From assembly GCF_004010195.1 (NCBI RefSeq), contig NC_057733.1, positions 33,629,473 through 33,693,472 on the forward strand: a stretch of 64,000 nucleotides of DNA, read 5' to 3'. Shown here one piece after another: positions 52,100 through 64,000 of this stretch (position 1 is the first letter of the stretch; each line of letters starts with the position of its first letter). The notes under the pieces were generated by a model that saw nothing but the letters and a program-made list of their open reading frames with translations, ran no database searches and was not told where the DNA came from. The position numbers were made by a program, and so were the translations under genes. The DNA comes from Chiloscyllium plagiosum (Eukaryota).

Positions 52100-53690
52100 T
52101 CACTTCTACTGCAACTTGTCAAGTCTCTTTTCGATTCTGTTATCAGTCTGTCTTAGAGAATGATGTGATATTGGTGATTCGCTTTCTGTTGATCGGAAAA
52201 CAGATTCTGGAGCAGGCCAAGCTGGCACATGGGGTGTACCCATCCCAGTGACCTGAAGGTTTTGACAGTAAACAAAGGGTGGACTCATAAGGCAAAACCA
52301 TCAGGACTTGGCGGAAGAAAAGCAGAGCGATTATTTGAGTCTTCTTCATATTCTGCGCTGTATCCCACCAGGAATCTTCATGACCCTACTTTAGGAAATG
52401 GAGAATCTACATCTCTTGCTCTGTCTCTTTGGAATGGTCATGGAGGAATAACCCTATGGCACTACTGCACACCAGGAAGGATGATGCCAGAAGAGGGAGG
52501 ACTTTCTGGGCATGTCTATGGAAGTCTCAGAGTAGATATCATTGGAGATAGTGGAGTAGCTTCTCCATGTTCAGGAGCTTGGAGAGTGCTTCAGAGTGGA
52601 GGATGAGATCTCTATATCTTAGATATGGGTTTTCCCTTGCCTCTGAAATAACAAAAATTTTAATCATACCTCCTCTGGGATGGTCATGAACAAAACTGAA
52701 TCGATGAGTATGATTAATTGGACAGTGGATGGTGTGGGGACTGCTATACATCCTTGAATCTGAGATTGTACCTTGAAAGATGACAAAGTTCCCAGGCTGT
52801 GGAATATATGAGCTAGGGAAGATCCCAGTGATTCACTTTCTCTGGATACTATAATCAAAATCTGAAGAAGATAGATCTTTGGTGAGTCCCTCAACAGGAA
52901 AATGATCTGAGAGAGTGACAGATGTTACTTTGGAATAACATATTTTGGAATAACATAGGGAAGATCCTCAAGCTGTAGAAGCACCGAGATTAAAAATGTT
53001 TTGATACATAATGTCTTGAGCAGTAGACTTAATTGAGGTCAAAGATCAGGAGAAGTGGAAGGGATGGTTCAGATGGCTGATTAAAGAATTCCAAAGACTC
53101 AATACAGCAATGCGACAGTACAGCACAGAGAGACTCCAGAGCAGACTGATGTCATGCTGAGGACAAAGGTGTCAAACTAAAAGAAGGTCTTGCTTATCAT
53201 AGGACTCTGATGGCAGCATTGATCTGCATGCTGACTCATAGAATTAGGGAATTCAGTGGCACCCCTGCGAGAATCTGCTGGGGTATACTGGCTTATAGAT
53301 ACAATGATAGGTTCAAAAGATTCATCTGTCCTCAGGCAGTTGGGAGGCAATAGTGGAGGCATGTACCGTGAGCATTTCTACAACATCAGGAAAGATTGTT
53401 TCTCACATTTCTGGAAGGATGTCTAAGAGGATTCAGACAGACGTTCAGTCAGGCTCTGAGACAGAGGCACACCTGCATCAGTGCGGTCAGCAAAGGGTTG
53501 ATACTGGTCAATGGGACGACAGAGATTGTACAAGCATTGTTGATCTCTATGAAAGAGTGTCGCTATATCCACGGTCTTTTCATCCATCAAATCATAAGCA
53601 ATGGTGGCATTTTCCTTCTCATGTGTTCCATCATCAAAGAACAAGTGATAGTTTAACTTGGCATCTACATGCTAATGCATTTAACCTTAC
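52100..53690 (-). pseudogene. Candidate decayed large exon of an unidentified Ser/Pro-rich protein
   Basis: Strong acceptor ttttctttccag adjoining 53690; long stop-poor frames; ORFs 53423-53644 and 53177-53362 share a frame; no TE motifs recognised. Confidence 0.35.
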
Positions 53691-54240
53691 CTGGAAAGAA
53701 AATGGAAAGTCCAGAAAATGCATCTGTGGTACCTGGGACAGAGTATCATCGAAGCAGGTTGGCTCATAGTCATTTGCCACTGAGCAAAGAAGGTTCAGAA
53801 CAAGACAAGCTTCTCCAGTCAGTGAAGAACACAATTCAACAATAGCATATAAGAAGTCCTAAACTCAAATACATTACAGTGAAGTGTGACATAAAACTGC
53901 CTCTTGACATTCAATTTAATACATGCTGCAAGAGTCAAGATGTTCAAGGGCTGAAGAGGTAAATTTTAAGCCACGTTATAGTATCAGAAAGAGTGGACAA
54001 CCTACCCTCGCTGCCAATTTAAAATGGTTCTTGTTGCTGTTGACAAAACATCTGAGTATCCCACATCTCATCCTCGAAAAAAAAATATTGTTATCTTAAT
54101 TTTCATCCATTTCTCAAGTAGTAATAAGTTGCAGCAATATACTTTGCTGTTACGTTCCACTCCTGGAACTGTTCTCCTGCTCCTGCAGACAGTTCTGAAG
54201 TGGCCCAGTTTTGTTACAAGTGTGGCACAGTGCATTTCTG

Positions 54241-54352
54241 ACAAACAGAAACATAAAGTGCTGGAGAAACTCAGCAGGTCTGAGAGCGTCTGCAGAGAGA
54301 GAGAGAGAGAGAATGGATTAAAATTTTGAGTCTGATATGACTCTTCTTCAGA
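54241..54352 (-). mobile_element. Penelope-like terminal-repeat fragment with (GA)n expansion
   Basis: gtgctggagaaactcagcaggtctg...(ga)n...gagtctgatatgactcttcttcagag. Confidence 0.75.
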
Positions 54353-54723
54353 GTTTCTTCATGAATGGCATAACAGGTTTCCTGCTAATGGGGACATTCC
54401 CAGCCACTCCATGGACAAGAAGTGATAAATGATATCCTGACCTGACCCCATTGGTTTTTGGTTTCTCAGTGACCAAGTTGGATTATAACAGAGAAACTGG
54501 ACAAACCCAGTTGTGGATTTGAAGGGAAAAGCTGTCTCTCAGAGAAAGCCTGCTGGGCTGAGTGGCCCAGGTTAATGCCAGATCCTCTCTGGGCTCTGAG
54601 CCTTACACAGGATAACAGTCTCGAAGCAGCTTGTCTCACGTATTCCAGTAGTCACAGTGTTGAGCTAAGTGACAGCTCATTTATGAAAGAATCCACACTC
54701 TCTCTTGTTTCCTTGCCGTGCTG

Positions 54724-56053
54724 ATTAAATGTAGAATGGTCAAAATGGTGCTTCATTTTGGACTGAGATAGCAGTTGAGGGCCTTGATTAAAACATCATA
54801 TTGTGTCATTTCTTCCTCTAACCTGAGGCTGGCTACAACTGCATCAGCAATGTTATCGATGGGCATAGAAAAGCATGCTAGCCTGGTCTTTATCAGGTTT
54901 GGAAGTGGGGCCTGAGGTGGGATGGAATCAGGTAACTACCATACCCACTGAAGGGCTTAGTCTGGACCAGCAATGTGATCTAAATGCTCAGGTAAGGATA
55001 AAGACATATCCATTGATAAAGACAAATCTATGTTCTTCAGTCAAGCAAGCATCTAAGTTAGTTTGTTTGTGTTTAATCGCTGAGCAGTATCTTTTCCACC
55101 AACATTTTGCTAATGAGAACAGCCAGAGACTGCCTCACTGTTCATGCTTCTGCCTTCCCTGATGACTTGGTCCAGACTGCTGACAGATTTAAATGGCCCC
55201 ACCACAAATGGGAATTTTTACTAAGCTAAGGGGCCATTACTATTGTCATTATGTGAGCGGATCATGCTGAGGCTGTAGTGAGAGGCAAGTCTATCTTTAT
55301 GCTTAATCATTTACAATATATAGAGAAGTGGATAAGAGAGAGCATTCTTGGAACTTTACATGCTTGGTCCTTGGTCCATATGAATCCCTATGTTGGAATC
55401 ACCAATGATGAATTTAGCATAATGCGATTTATCCTTTATCTTGCAGTTTCTCAGGTACATACATTTCACTGAAATTTGGATCTGAAAGAAATTTTTACCT
55501 TCCTCTATCTAGTCCACCTCTGACTTCAGCCCAGGGCAATGAGACTGACTTTTAATCACAATCCGTAGGTGCTAAAGCATAAAGACCTGCCCCCACACAC
55601 TCTTGGGAAGTCAGAATGGGCAATGAATGTTGGTATTTCATGAGAATGAGGAGAAAGTGAGGTCTGCAGATGCTGGAAATCAGAGCTGAAAATGTGTTCT
55701 TCAGGAACTTCCTGAAGAAGGGCTTATGCCCGAAACGTCGATTCTCCTGTTCCCTGGATGCTGCCTGACCTGCTGCGCTTCTCCAGCAACACATTTTCAT
55801 TTCCAGAGAATGACCACAGCAAATCAAAACTAAAATACTTTTACTGACACCTATTTATCTCAAAATCCCTGCTTTCTCATTAGCATAGTTGCATAAACAG
55901 GCACGAATCATCTTTTGACCAGATTTTAAGCCTTACAACATTTTAAGCCTTACAACATTAAATGTAGAATGGTCAAAATGGTGCTTCATTTTGGACTGAG
56001 ATAGCAGTTGAGGGCCTTGATTAAAACATCATATTGTGTCATTTCTTCCTCTA
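54724..56053 (+). repeat. 97-bp direct repeat pair (54724-54820, 55957-56053)
   Basis: Identical by eye: attaaatgtagaatggtc...atttcttcctcta. Confidence 0.92.
55650..55798. mobile_element. Fold-back Penelope-like insertion with near-perfect 15-bp TSD
   Basis: atttcatgagaatga at 55635-55649 vs atttccagagaatga at 55799-55813; hammerhead-like core at 55712-55739. Confidence 0.85.
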
Positions 56054-56764
56054 TCTTGCAAGGTGAACTTCAGAATTTCAGGACAATTGGAGTCAGACTT
56101 CCAGTTGGCAACTCCAGCTTTTCAAGCTTTGAGTTTGAAACTTAAAATAAACAATACATTGGGTTCATTTATATTAGGGGTTCTATACCCTAAAATGGCT
56201 CCTGAATTGGTGTTTCTCAGTGTATGATTATTTGGAAGAACATAAAATAGTTTCCACATTTCAAATTGTGCAGTGTTTTATAATATTTATATGTCAATAA
56301 AACATTCAGAAATCACCTTATGTACTTTGAAGGAGAAAAGGAAAATGTTATGCAAATATCTGTTCTTAATGGTCCTGCATGGAAGTGTGAACAACATACC
56401 AATATACAATTCCCCAATCTATGCTTGTGGAAGACTTATCCACTAGGTGGCTTAATATATTGTTAATCACAAACAATGAAAAAATCAAGAGGGAAATTTC
56501 TGAAGTCAGAAAGCACACCTCTTTGCTAAATATGGAATCGTTTTGTCCTAATCTTTACATAATAAATGCATCAAAATCTTACTTTTCAGATGAATGGATT
56601 CAATCTCTCAGTATTTACTTTCTTGTCATGTGCAAGCACAATTTATTAGTTAATTTGACAAGAACTGGGCAGGAATACAAAGGTACCATAATTAAAATAG
56701 ACTGAGTTTCCTTTTATACTGTATATGCTAATAGGATATTTATTAATGAAATTTCTTCCTTATC

Positions 56765-58235
56765 ACAGCAGTGAACAGGAGACTAGTTGAGTGAATGGGT
56801 AGGTGGATGAGTTAGTTCAATAGATAGGGTGGGTAGATGATAAGATAGTTAAGTATGTCGGGCAGTGATGTGGGTAAGCAAGTTGGTATTTAAATCGGTT
56901 AGGGAATGAGGTGAGGTATGTTGGGTCAGGTGGGTTGGTCAGACTGGAGAGGAGTTGGGTTGTCAGAAGCAGTAATCAGGTCAAGGTCAAGTGAGAGAAG
57001 GTTTCAGGTGGCCAGGAGTTATTGGATCAGATCAGGAGAGTATACAAGTCTGGGCAACATTGGGTATGTGCTGCAATTTTTTACTCACTCATAAAATTCT
57101 TGAGTGTTTACCTTTTGTTGCTTCCTGATCTATTGCATTGCAAAGTTGATCTTTGATATAGTACTGAAGAACTGTGGTCTATTTCATATGAAACATTTCA
57201 TAATTTCATAAGAAACAAATATTTCATAGACATAATGGACCAAATCTTCAGATTGTTGAAGATCAGATACATGATTCAAGATGCATTCCAGAACCCGGCA
57301 GAAATCTTGATCTTGGAACCTATGTGGAATTTTCAGATAAGCTTAACCATGTGATTGACATTCCCTCTGCTCCCTATAAATCTCTGCCAAAGTTATCAAT
57401 TCTGAGTCAGGAGATTTTGGATAATTCCATTGACCTTCCTGGGTAATTATCCATGTAATATTAGACAGGTTAAAACCTAGAGTCGAGAGTTTGGTGCTGG
57501 AAAAGCATAACAGGTCAGGCAGCATCTGAGGAACAGGAAAATCGAAGTTTTGGGCAAAAGCCATTCATCAGAAATGAGAGGAATCAGGAATGTCTCATTC
57601 CTGATGAAGGGCTTTTGCCCAAAATGTTGATTTTTCTGCTCCTCAGATGCTGCCTGACTTGCTGTGCTTTTCCAACACCACACATTCGACTCTACTCTCC
57701 AGCATCTGTAGTCCTCACTTTTGTCAGGTTAAAGCCAAATCTAACACTTGGGTAACTATACAACTGAACACGACATCAGTCTTATACCAACAACTACCTG
57801 ACTAGTCCCACATTGCCTTCTCCAACCAGCAAACTGATCATCTACCACCACACTTAACACTGACTCAAACTGATCGACTATTGTCCTGACTCCCGGACTA
57901 CTCAAATGACCTGATCTAGCCCCACCCTGAACATACCCAATGTTGCCCAGACTTGTATACTCTCCTGATCTGATCCAATAACTCCTGGCCACCTGAAACC
58001 TTCTCTCACTTGACCTTGACCTGATTACTGCTTCTGACAACCCAACTCCTCTCCAGTCTGACCAACCCACCTGACCCAACATACCTCACCTCATTCCCTA
58101 ACCGATTTAAATACCAACTTGCTTACCCACATCACTGCCCGACATACTTAACTATCTTATCATCTACCCACCCTATCTATTGAACTAACTCATCCACCTA
58201 CCCATTCACTCAACTAGTCTCCTGTTCACTGCTGT
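56765..58235. repeat. 305-bp inverted repeat (56765-57069, 57931-58235)
   Basis: Arms read as exact reverse complements by eye. Confidence 0.92.
57478..57724. mobile_element. Older fold-back Penelope-like insertion with 12-bp TSD
   Basis: caggttaaa(a/g)cc at 57466-57477 and 57725-57736; diverged inverted arms meeting near tcattcCTGATGAagggc. Confidence 0.85.
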
Positions 58236-58954
58236 TTAAATACTAGATCTTACCTTAAAGAAGCTAGTGTCATGGCCATGAATCTTCTGCCTTGTGCAAT
58301 CACAATTTATTAGTTAATTTAGTAAGACTTGGGCAGGAATGCAGATGTACCATAATTCAAATCAAACTCGTTGTCTTGGTATTTTTTGGAAGGTTTGCTA
58401 TCACAAGTTCTCAGGCGTTCTTTTGCCTGATCTCATGAAACTCATTAATTACCTTTTATTCTTCACCATTGTGTTTCTCACCCAATTCTTGGCCAACCTT
58501 ACTGTGCACCATTCCCAAAAAAACTCTTCGGTCAGTGGATATCTTGCAAAACACCACAAACTATTCGCTCACACCATTGTTGTGCACCGAGACAAACATG
58601 GTCAGTCTAGATCTGCTTTGTGTGGTTGGTGACATTTGTCATGGAGGTCCTGCTGGCCAGGATGGTGCCAATTTGGAACTTTCTTCTACCCCATGCCCAA
58701 CAGTGGAGACCATAAAATCAGAACATGCCAACCTGGCCCATATTTGCCACCCAGGTTAAAGCAATCTCAAATGTTTGGAGAGTTTCATTGTAAGATAGGA
58801 AGAAGGTTAATGACCTTTCCACTCTGTCAGGATAATTTCCACCATCTTCTTTCTGATACCTCAGGCTCACTCTGTCCCTGCTACTGTACCCACCTCCTAC
58901 CAAAGCTTATACTCTACCACTCTCACTTCTGCCTGCAACATCCTCCCCCAGGTG

Positions 58955-59945
58955 GTTATGAAAGGCAAATCATGCTTAACAAATCTACCAAGTTTTTGAG
59001 GATATACCTAGTAGGGAAAAATGGTGAATCAATGGATATAGTGAATTTGGATTTTCAGAAGGCTTTTGAGGGAACCAAATGCAACATTTCCAGGTTTGCT
59101 GAGGGCTGGGGAAACTAGGCTGGATTGTGACTTGTGAGGAGATACAAAGGAGACTTCATAATGACTAAGGAATGTTGACTGTGTGGGAGATGGCAGATTG
59201 CAGATGCAGTTCAATGTGGCTAAATGTGAAGTTTCACATGTTGGTGTAAAAATCAGGAAGAAAGAGGATTATTTAAATGGTGAAATATTGGGAAGTGTGG
59301 ATACGCAAAATGACCTGAATGTTCTTGTACACCAGTTAATGAAATTAAACAGGCAGGTACAGCAAACAGTTAAAAAGATAAATGTATCTTGGCCTTCATT
59401 GTAGGAGGATTGGTGTTCTGAAGTAGGGTATGTCTTACTGCAGTTATGCAGTGCATTGGTCAGGCCATATGTGGAGTATTGCAAGCAGGTTTGGACTCCC
59501 TACCTGGAAGGAATGCAAGTGAGGTTCTCTAGGTTGATAATGGGGAAAGCCAGACTGTCCTATGAAGAAAGACTTTTTGACTGGGCCTGCATTACTAGAG
59601 TTTAGAAGGAGAGAGGGAATCTGATTGAAATATATATAATTGTATTATGGCCAGACTGATTAGCTGCAGGGAAGACATTTTCCCTGGTTGAGGAGTCTAG
59701 AAGTAGAGGACACAGTCTTGGGATTCAGGGTAGGGTATGATAAGGAAAACTTTCTTCACTCCGTGGAAGGTTGTGGAGGCCAATTCATTGAATATATTCA
59801 AGAAAGATACATTTTTAGATTAAGGACATCAAGACTATAGGGAGAAAGTGGAAAAATGACATTGAGAGAGAGGATCAGCCATAATACTATTCACTGGCAG
59901 TAAAAGCTCAGAAAGCCAAATGGATGATTTACTTCTCCTAGTTTC
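58955..59945 (+). mobile_element. Degenerate, internally deleted CR1 LINE
   Basis: MDIVNLDFQKAF, QMQFNVAKCEVSH, ALVRPYVEYC motifs; tail ttctcctagtttctatg. Confidence 0.85.
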
Positions 59946-62900
59946 TATGATGAACAAACATTTATACTCATGCACTTACATCTTGCCACTGCCAAGTATG
60001 AAGCTTGCCACACCAGCTGTGAGACACATGAAAGATGATCTCAATGTCGAGATGCTCCTCACTGCATTTGTCACCAAATCTTGCCACACATCTCACAATA
60101 GCCCAAGTTGCGCAGAGCCCTATAAAATCCTACATGTGGTCTAAAAATCAATCACTCCTTGGGGATTGATCAACTCCGTGCATTAAATGGAGAGAGACTC
60201 AAAAAAGTGCAGTGCAGAGGGATCTGGGTGTTCTTGTGCATGAAGCACAAAGTGAATCTGCAAGTGGGGTCATTTACATAAATGGGGTACGTGGTGTGAA
60301 GAGTACAGTTTTGTATTCAGGAATCTTGGAAGATCTTGTTTTCCTCAAGTCCCGCTAAATTTAACACTGACCTGCAATTAACTTTTATACTGCATTAGCT
60401 GACTTCAGTCAATCCCGTGGGAATGCTGTTGATTGTTGAGCAGTTAAGCCTTTGGCACCAGACCATAGTTAGTGAGCAGAGAAAAGAAAGACAGGTCAGA
60501 GGTCGGAGGGAGGATACGGAGATGCCATTGCGATCTGATGTCCAAAAAGGAATTCAAGAGTTTTGACTCAGTGGCAGTAAAACATTGAAACTGTATGTTC
60601 AAAACAGGATGGTGTGTGATTTACTGAAAATGATGTTTCATGGTAACAGTGCAGATAATCCAATATGCTTGGGCGTGTGAAAAGCAGAATGTATTACAGA
60701 GTCACAAAGTTTAAGGTACAATGAAGTGGAGAAGATTTAAATGCATGATTCGTCTGCTGATATTTCATGGAAGCAGCGATAATCAGAAATAATGGATCTA
60801 AGTTCATAATTAATAAGTCTGAAGTGAAATGAAAGGTGAGAAGAATTTACTTCACATCAAAGCAACAGATAGATGGAATAATCTTCCATCAAAAGCACTT
60901 AGTAACAGGTCAAGTAACCTTTTGAATAGTGCTAGATGAACATTTACCCAAATACGGGACTGAAGATCACAGAGCTAACACAATGCTTCATGGAGATATC
61001 AGCTCTCCGAAATACAAGCAGATGGGAATACCCATCATGATTGCAATGGTAGGTAAGTTTTGTGAGGTTTTGACTGGTCACTGTGCAGAAATAGAAATCT
61101 TAGAGTTTTAACAAAGGTTTTACTTATCCTCTTTGTTCTTTCATTGATGTGATAACTGAGACTGGAAAATCTCTACTTACATACTTCCAGCTATGTCCTC
61201 GTATTAAGTTGCAGTAACTGTTGCTTGTTTAGTTTCTTAGGTGACTGTGGCAGCAAGATGGAAGACAAACTTCTCTAGGTATACAATCAGGTTTGTAGTT
61301 TATTCATGATGAATAAAGACAAGAATGAAATGCTGACTGTAATTTAATTATATGGTTTCTACCAAACGTGAACTTAAAGATGGAGCTGGAAAGTGGTGTT
61401 GGTATTTGATTCAGACTAATTTAGGAAAGTAGGCGAGTTTGAAACAGTTCAGGTTGATGCTTCCTGCTCCTTAATTAATCAATAAATAATTTATATGGTC
61501 TATAACTAGAGCAACACAATGAGGTATATAGATAGACATGACTCTGAGTCATACTGATGAGAAGCACAGCAGGTAGGTTTTGTAGGTAGGTACATGTTTG
61601 ATCTCTGCTGGACTATGGAGACCTATGGAAACCATAGATTGCATTTGGGCTGGAACAGATCTTGACTGTAGACATGCTGGGGAAGACAGATTTCCTAATT
61701 CACTGACTCTGTTATGATAGTTAAATTGCTATTTTGTATAATCTAATACCTCACAATGCCCACCCCTTCTCTGGTGCCCACTGAAAATTTCTTCTTTTTT
61801 TTCCACCTGACAATGTGCTGGATTTTCAAGTTTGAACCGTTTACAAATCCCTTCTCTATCTTCAATCATGTATTGTCATATTTTGCACATTTTATTCTTA
61901 GTAATTGATTATTTGGTAAATGCAGTAGATGAATAACACCCCCAATGCCGTGTGACATTGTACACTGCAATAATCCTCAACTGGTCTGACCCCAGATTTT
62001 GTGTCTTCATTACTACAAATTTTAGTTTGCTGCTGCAATGCACCTTGTCTAATTAAAAATAAACTGCTACAGACTATTAATTAGAAGATAGTTGCATAAT
62101 TATTGAAACTGGAACCACGACATTCACCTTGCAGTCCTCTTTTGTTATCATTAAATGAAGTCATTTAAAATAAATTACGAAATAATTAGGTGGATTTTAC
62201 AGTGTCTGGGCTGTTGATTGTTTTGAATAGCAGTGAGAATGTAGCAGTTTGCCAGAATTCTTCACAAGAGACTCAGAAACAGCCCGGAGCCAATGTCCTT
62301 AATAAGTGAGATTTGGCATACAAGTGACTGTAACAATAATAGAAATTCTAATTGGTTCCTTCACAGTGAGAGCATAGAGAGTTTCTTTTTGGTTCTTTGT
62401 ATAGTTGTTGTGTCTGTCAATGCTCAGTAGTTTTTAATCCACCAAGCAAACATCTTGCAAAAATAATTATCAATGCTCGAAAATACCAGATTTTCAAATG
62501 AAACTGCCCTTATTCCTTGCCTCCTACATTCTCTAGAGAACTAAGCAACAACACATGCAAGATTTATAAATACGCACTTTTAATTAAAACAAATACCTGT
62601 TGTCAGACAAAGTGAAATAACATCGGTTCCAAATAAAAGGGCAAATAACGAAAGTATTCTGAAACACCTTCCTTCAAATACCAGTGCATGCTGCCCTGCC
62701 AAGTATTTCTTACTGTTCAAAAGGTGCTGAATGTGAATTATGTTGCCGCACTGGCAATGTGGTTGAAGGGAGCTGAAATGATTGCTGTTGGAGTGATGTG
62801 CAGTAGTGCTACTTTGGCTGGTTCCAATCAGTGGGGTTTGGCCATAAGCTGAGTCCAAATGCTACAGTGACCACATTTGCCGAACATGTGAACACCAACA

Positions 62901-63394
62901 CTGGTAGGAATCAGCAGTGTGAGCGACTGGGTTTGCTGCATCACTTGGAAAATAGTTATTTGATAAAAACAAAAAAAAAATGTAATTTAAAGAGCTTTTA
63001 GTTCATAAAGACTGAATTTTTGGTAGAGTTGCTTAAGTGTATTATTATCCCTCTCCCATCAGTAGCATTGCAAACCACTTAATGTCTATTACAGGCAAGC
63101 CATATATCATCAAATTTATTGAATTCAGTTTCTCAACTTGCCATTTCTCAACAATGTGAGCTCATGACCTTTTTTGTCCAGTCCAGTTACAAAGCAATGC
63201 CAGATTAATGATAGTGAACTTGAACAACAATAATAAAATAATGCATTCAATTTCTTTTGAAGCTTCTTTCTATTGGTTATACAGTAGAAGGTGAATTCTC
63301 CCTCTGCCCAGAGAAAATGAGAAGGTATGGGCATTAATATTAACGTGGTTTACATTGTTTTGTGGAAGGGAAATCAGGATTAACCAATTTTTTT

Positions 63395-64000
63395 AAAAAT
63401 TAAGGTTAGGTTTTATTGTCACTTGTACTCAAGTACAGGGGTACAATGAAAAGGTACAAAGGTATCTAGGTATAAAATCTTAGAAAGAAAGTAGAAAAAT
63501 AAGATAAAAAGTTCAACATTGCAGTTCTTCTTAGTATAAAACAGAAATTTTTTTAAAAAGTTAAACGTCCAGCATTACAATCTTTCTTTATTATCAATCT
63601 GCAAACATTTGTCACTGGGCTTTCGCACGCGAGCTCATATTCCCCATGAGGGCCTGTTCTCTCCCCCTCGCTGAGCTTGTTCTCTCCCCTGCGCTGGGCT
63701 TGCTTGATCTTGTCAACGCTGAGCTTGACCCTCCCCTGTGCTGGGCTTGATCTTTTCCGCATGCTGGGATTGATCTCTTCCCCTTGCTGGATTCGATCTC
63801 TCCCCTGTGCTGGGTTTAATCTCCTCCATGCTGGGATTGATCTCTTCCCCATGCTGGATTCGATCTCTCCCCTGTGCTGGGTTTGATCTCCTCCATGCTG
63901 GGATCGATCTCTACCTTACGTGGCACTTGTTCTCTCCCCCATGCTGGGATTGATCTCTCTCCCGCATGGGGCTTGTTCTCTCCCCTGTGATGGGATTGAT
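63395..64000 (-). mobile_element. Retroposon 3' end with internal 21-23-bp minisatellite (runs off the window)
   Basis: Reverse-complement tail gagtacaagtgacaataaaacctaacct; array gggattgatctctcccc(a/t)tgct from ~63650 to the window end. Confidence 0.6.

Noticed and set aside
56765-58235. DNA transposon with 305-bp TIRs
   Set aside because: No TSD, no transposase, and the right arm is embedded in continuing similar sequence; a local inverted duplication fits better.
62580-63334. Minus-strand ORFs and splice-like sites as coding exons
   Set aside because: No recognisable protein similarity and inconsistent frames.

Overview
This is AT-rich, repeat-dense vertebrate DNA with no intact protein-coding gene and one assembly gap (~21856-22025). 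The repeats point to a cartilaginous fish, probably a shark (inference): HE1-type tRNA-SINEs, HER1/CR1 LINEs, DeuSINE-like elements, Penelope-like elements (PLEs), Gypsy, RTE and Harbinger remnants. Nearly all ORF-track entries are TE fragments or noise. Five signals stand out. (1) A 3.2-kb composite (45295-48498) has PLE termini, is bounded by one 15-bp target-site duplication, and carries ~2.56 kb of non-PLE cargo, suggesting PLE-mediated capture or transduction of DNA. (2) About ten short PLE terminal-repeat insertions are scattered through the window; several are fold-back palindromes, carry a minimal hammerhead-ribozyme-like core, and start or invert at that motif. (3) Recent-looking templated duplications cluster at 54.7-58.4 kb (305-bp inverted, 97-bp direct). 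(4) A ~1.6-kb stop-poor minus-strand segment resembles a decayed large exon, with several candidate minus-strand splice units. (5) Two non-autonomous retroposons share a tail type but carry different minisatellites. All calls were made by eye; no search or folding was run.
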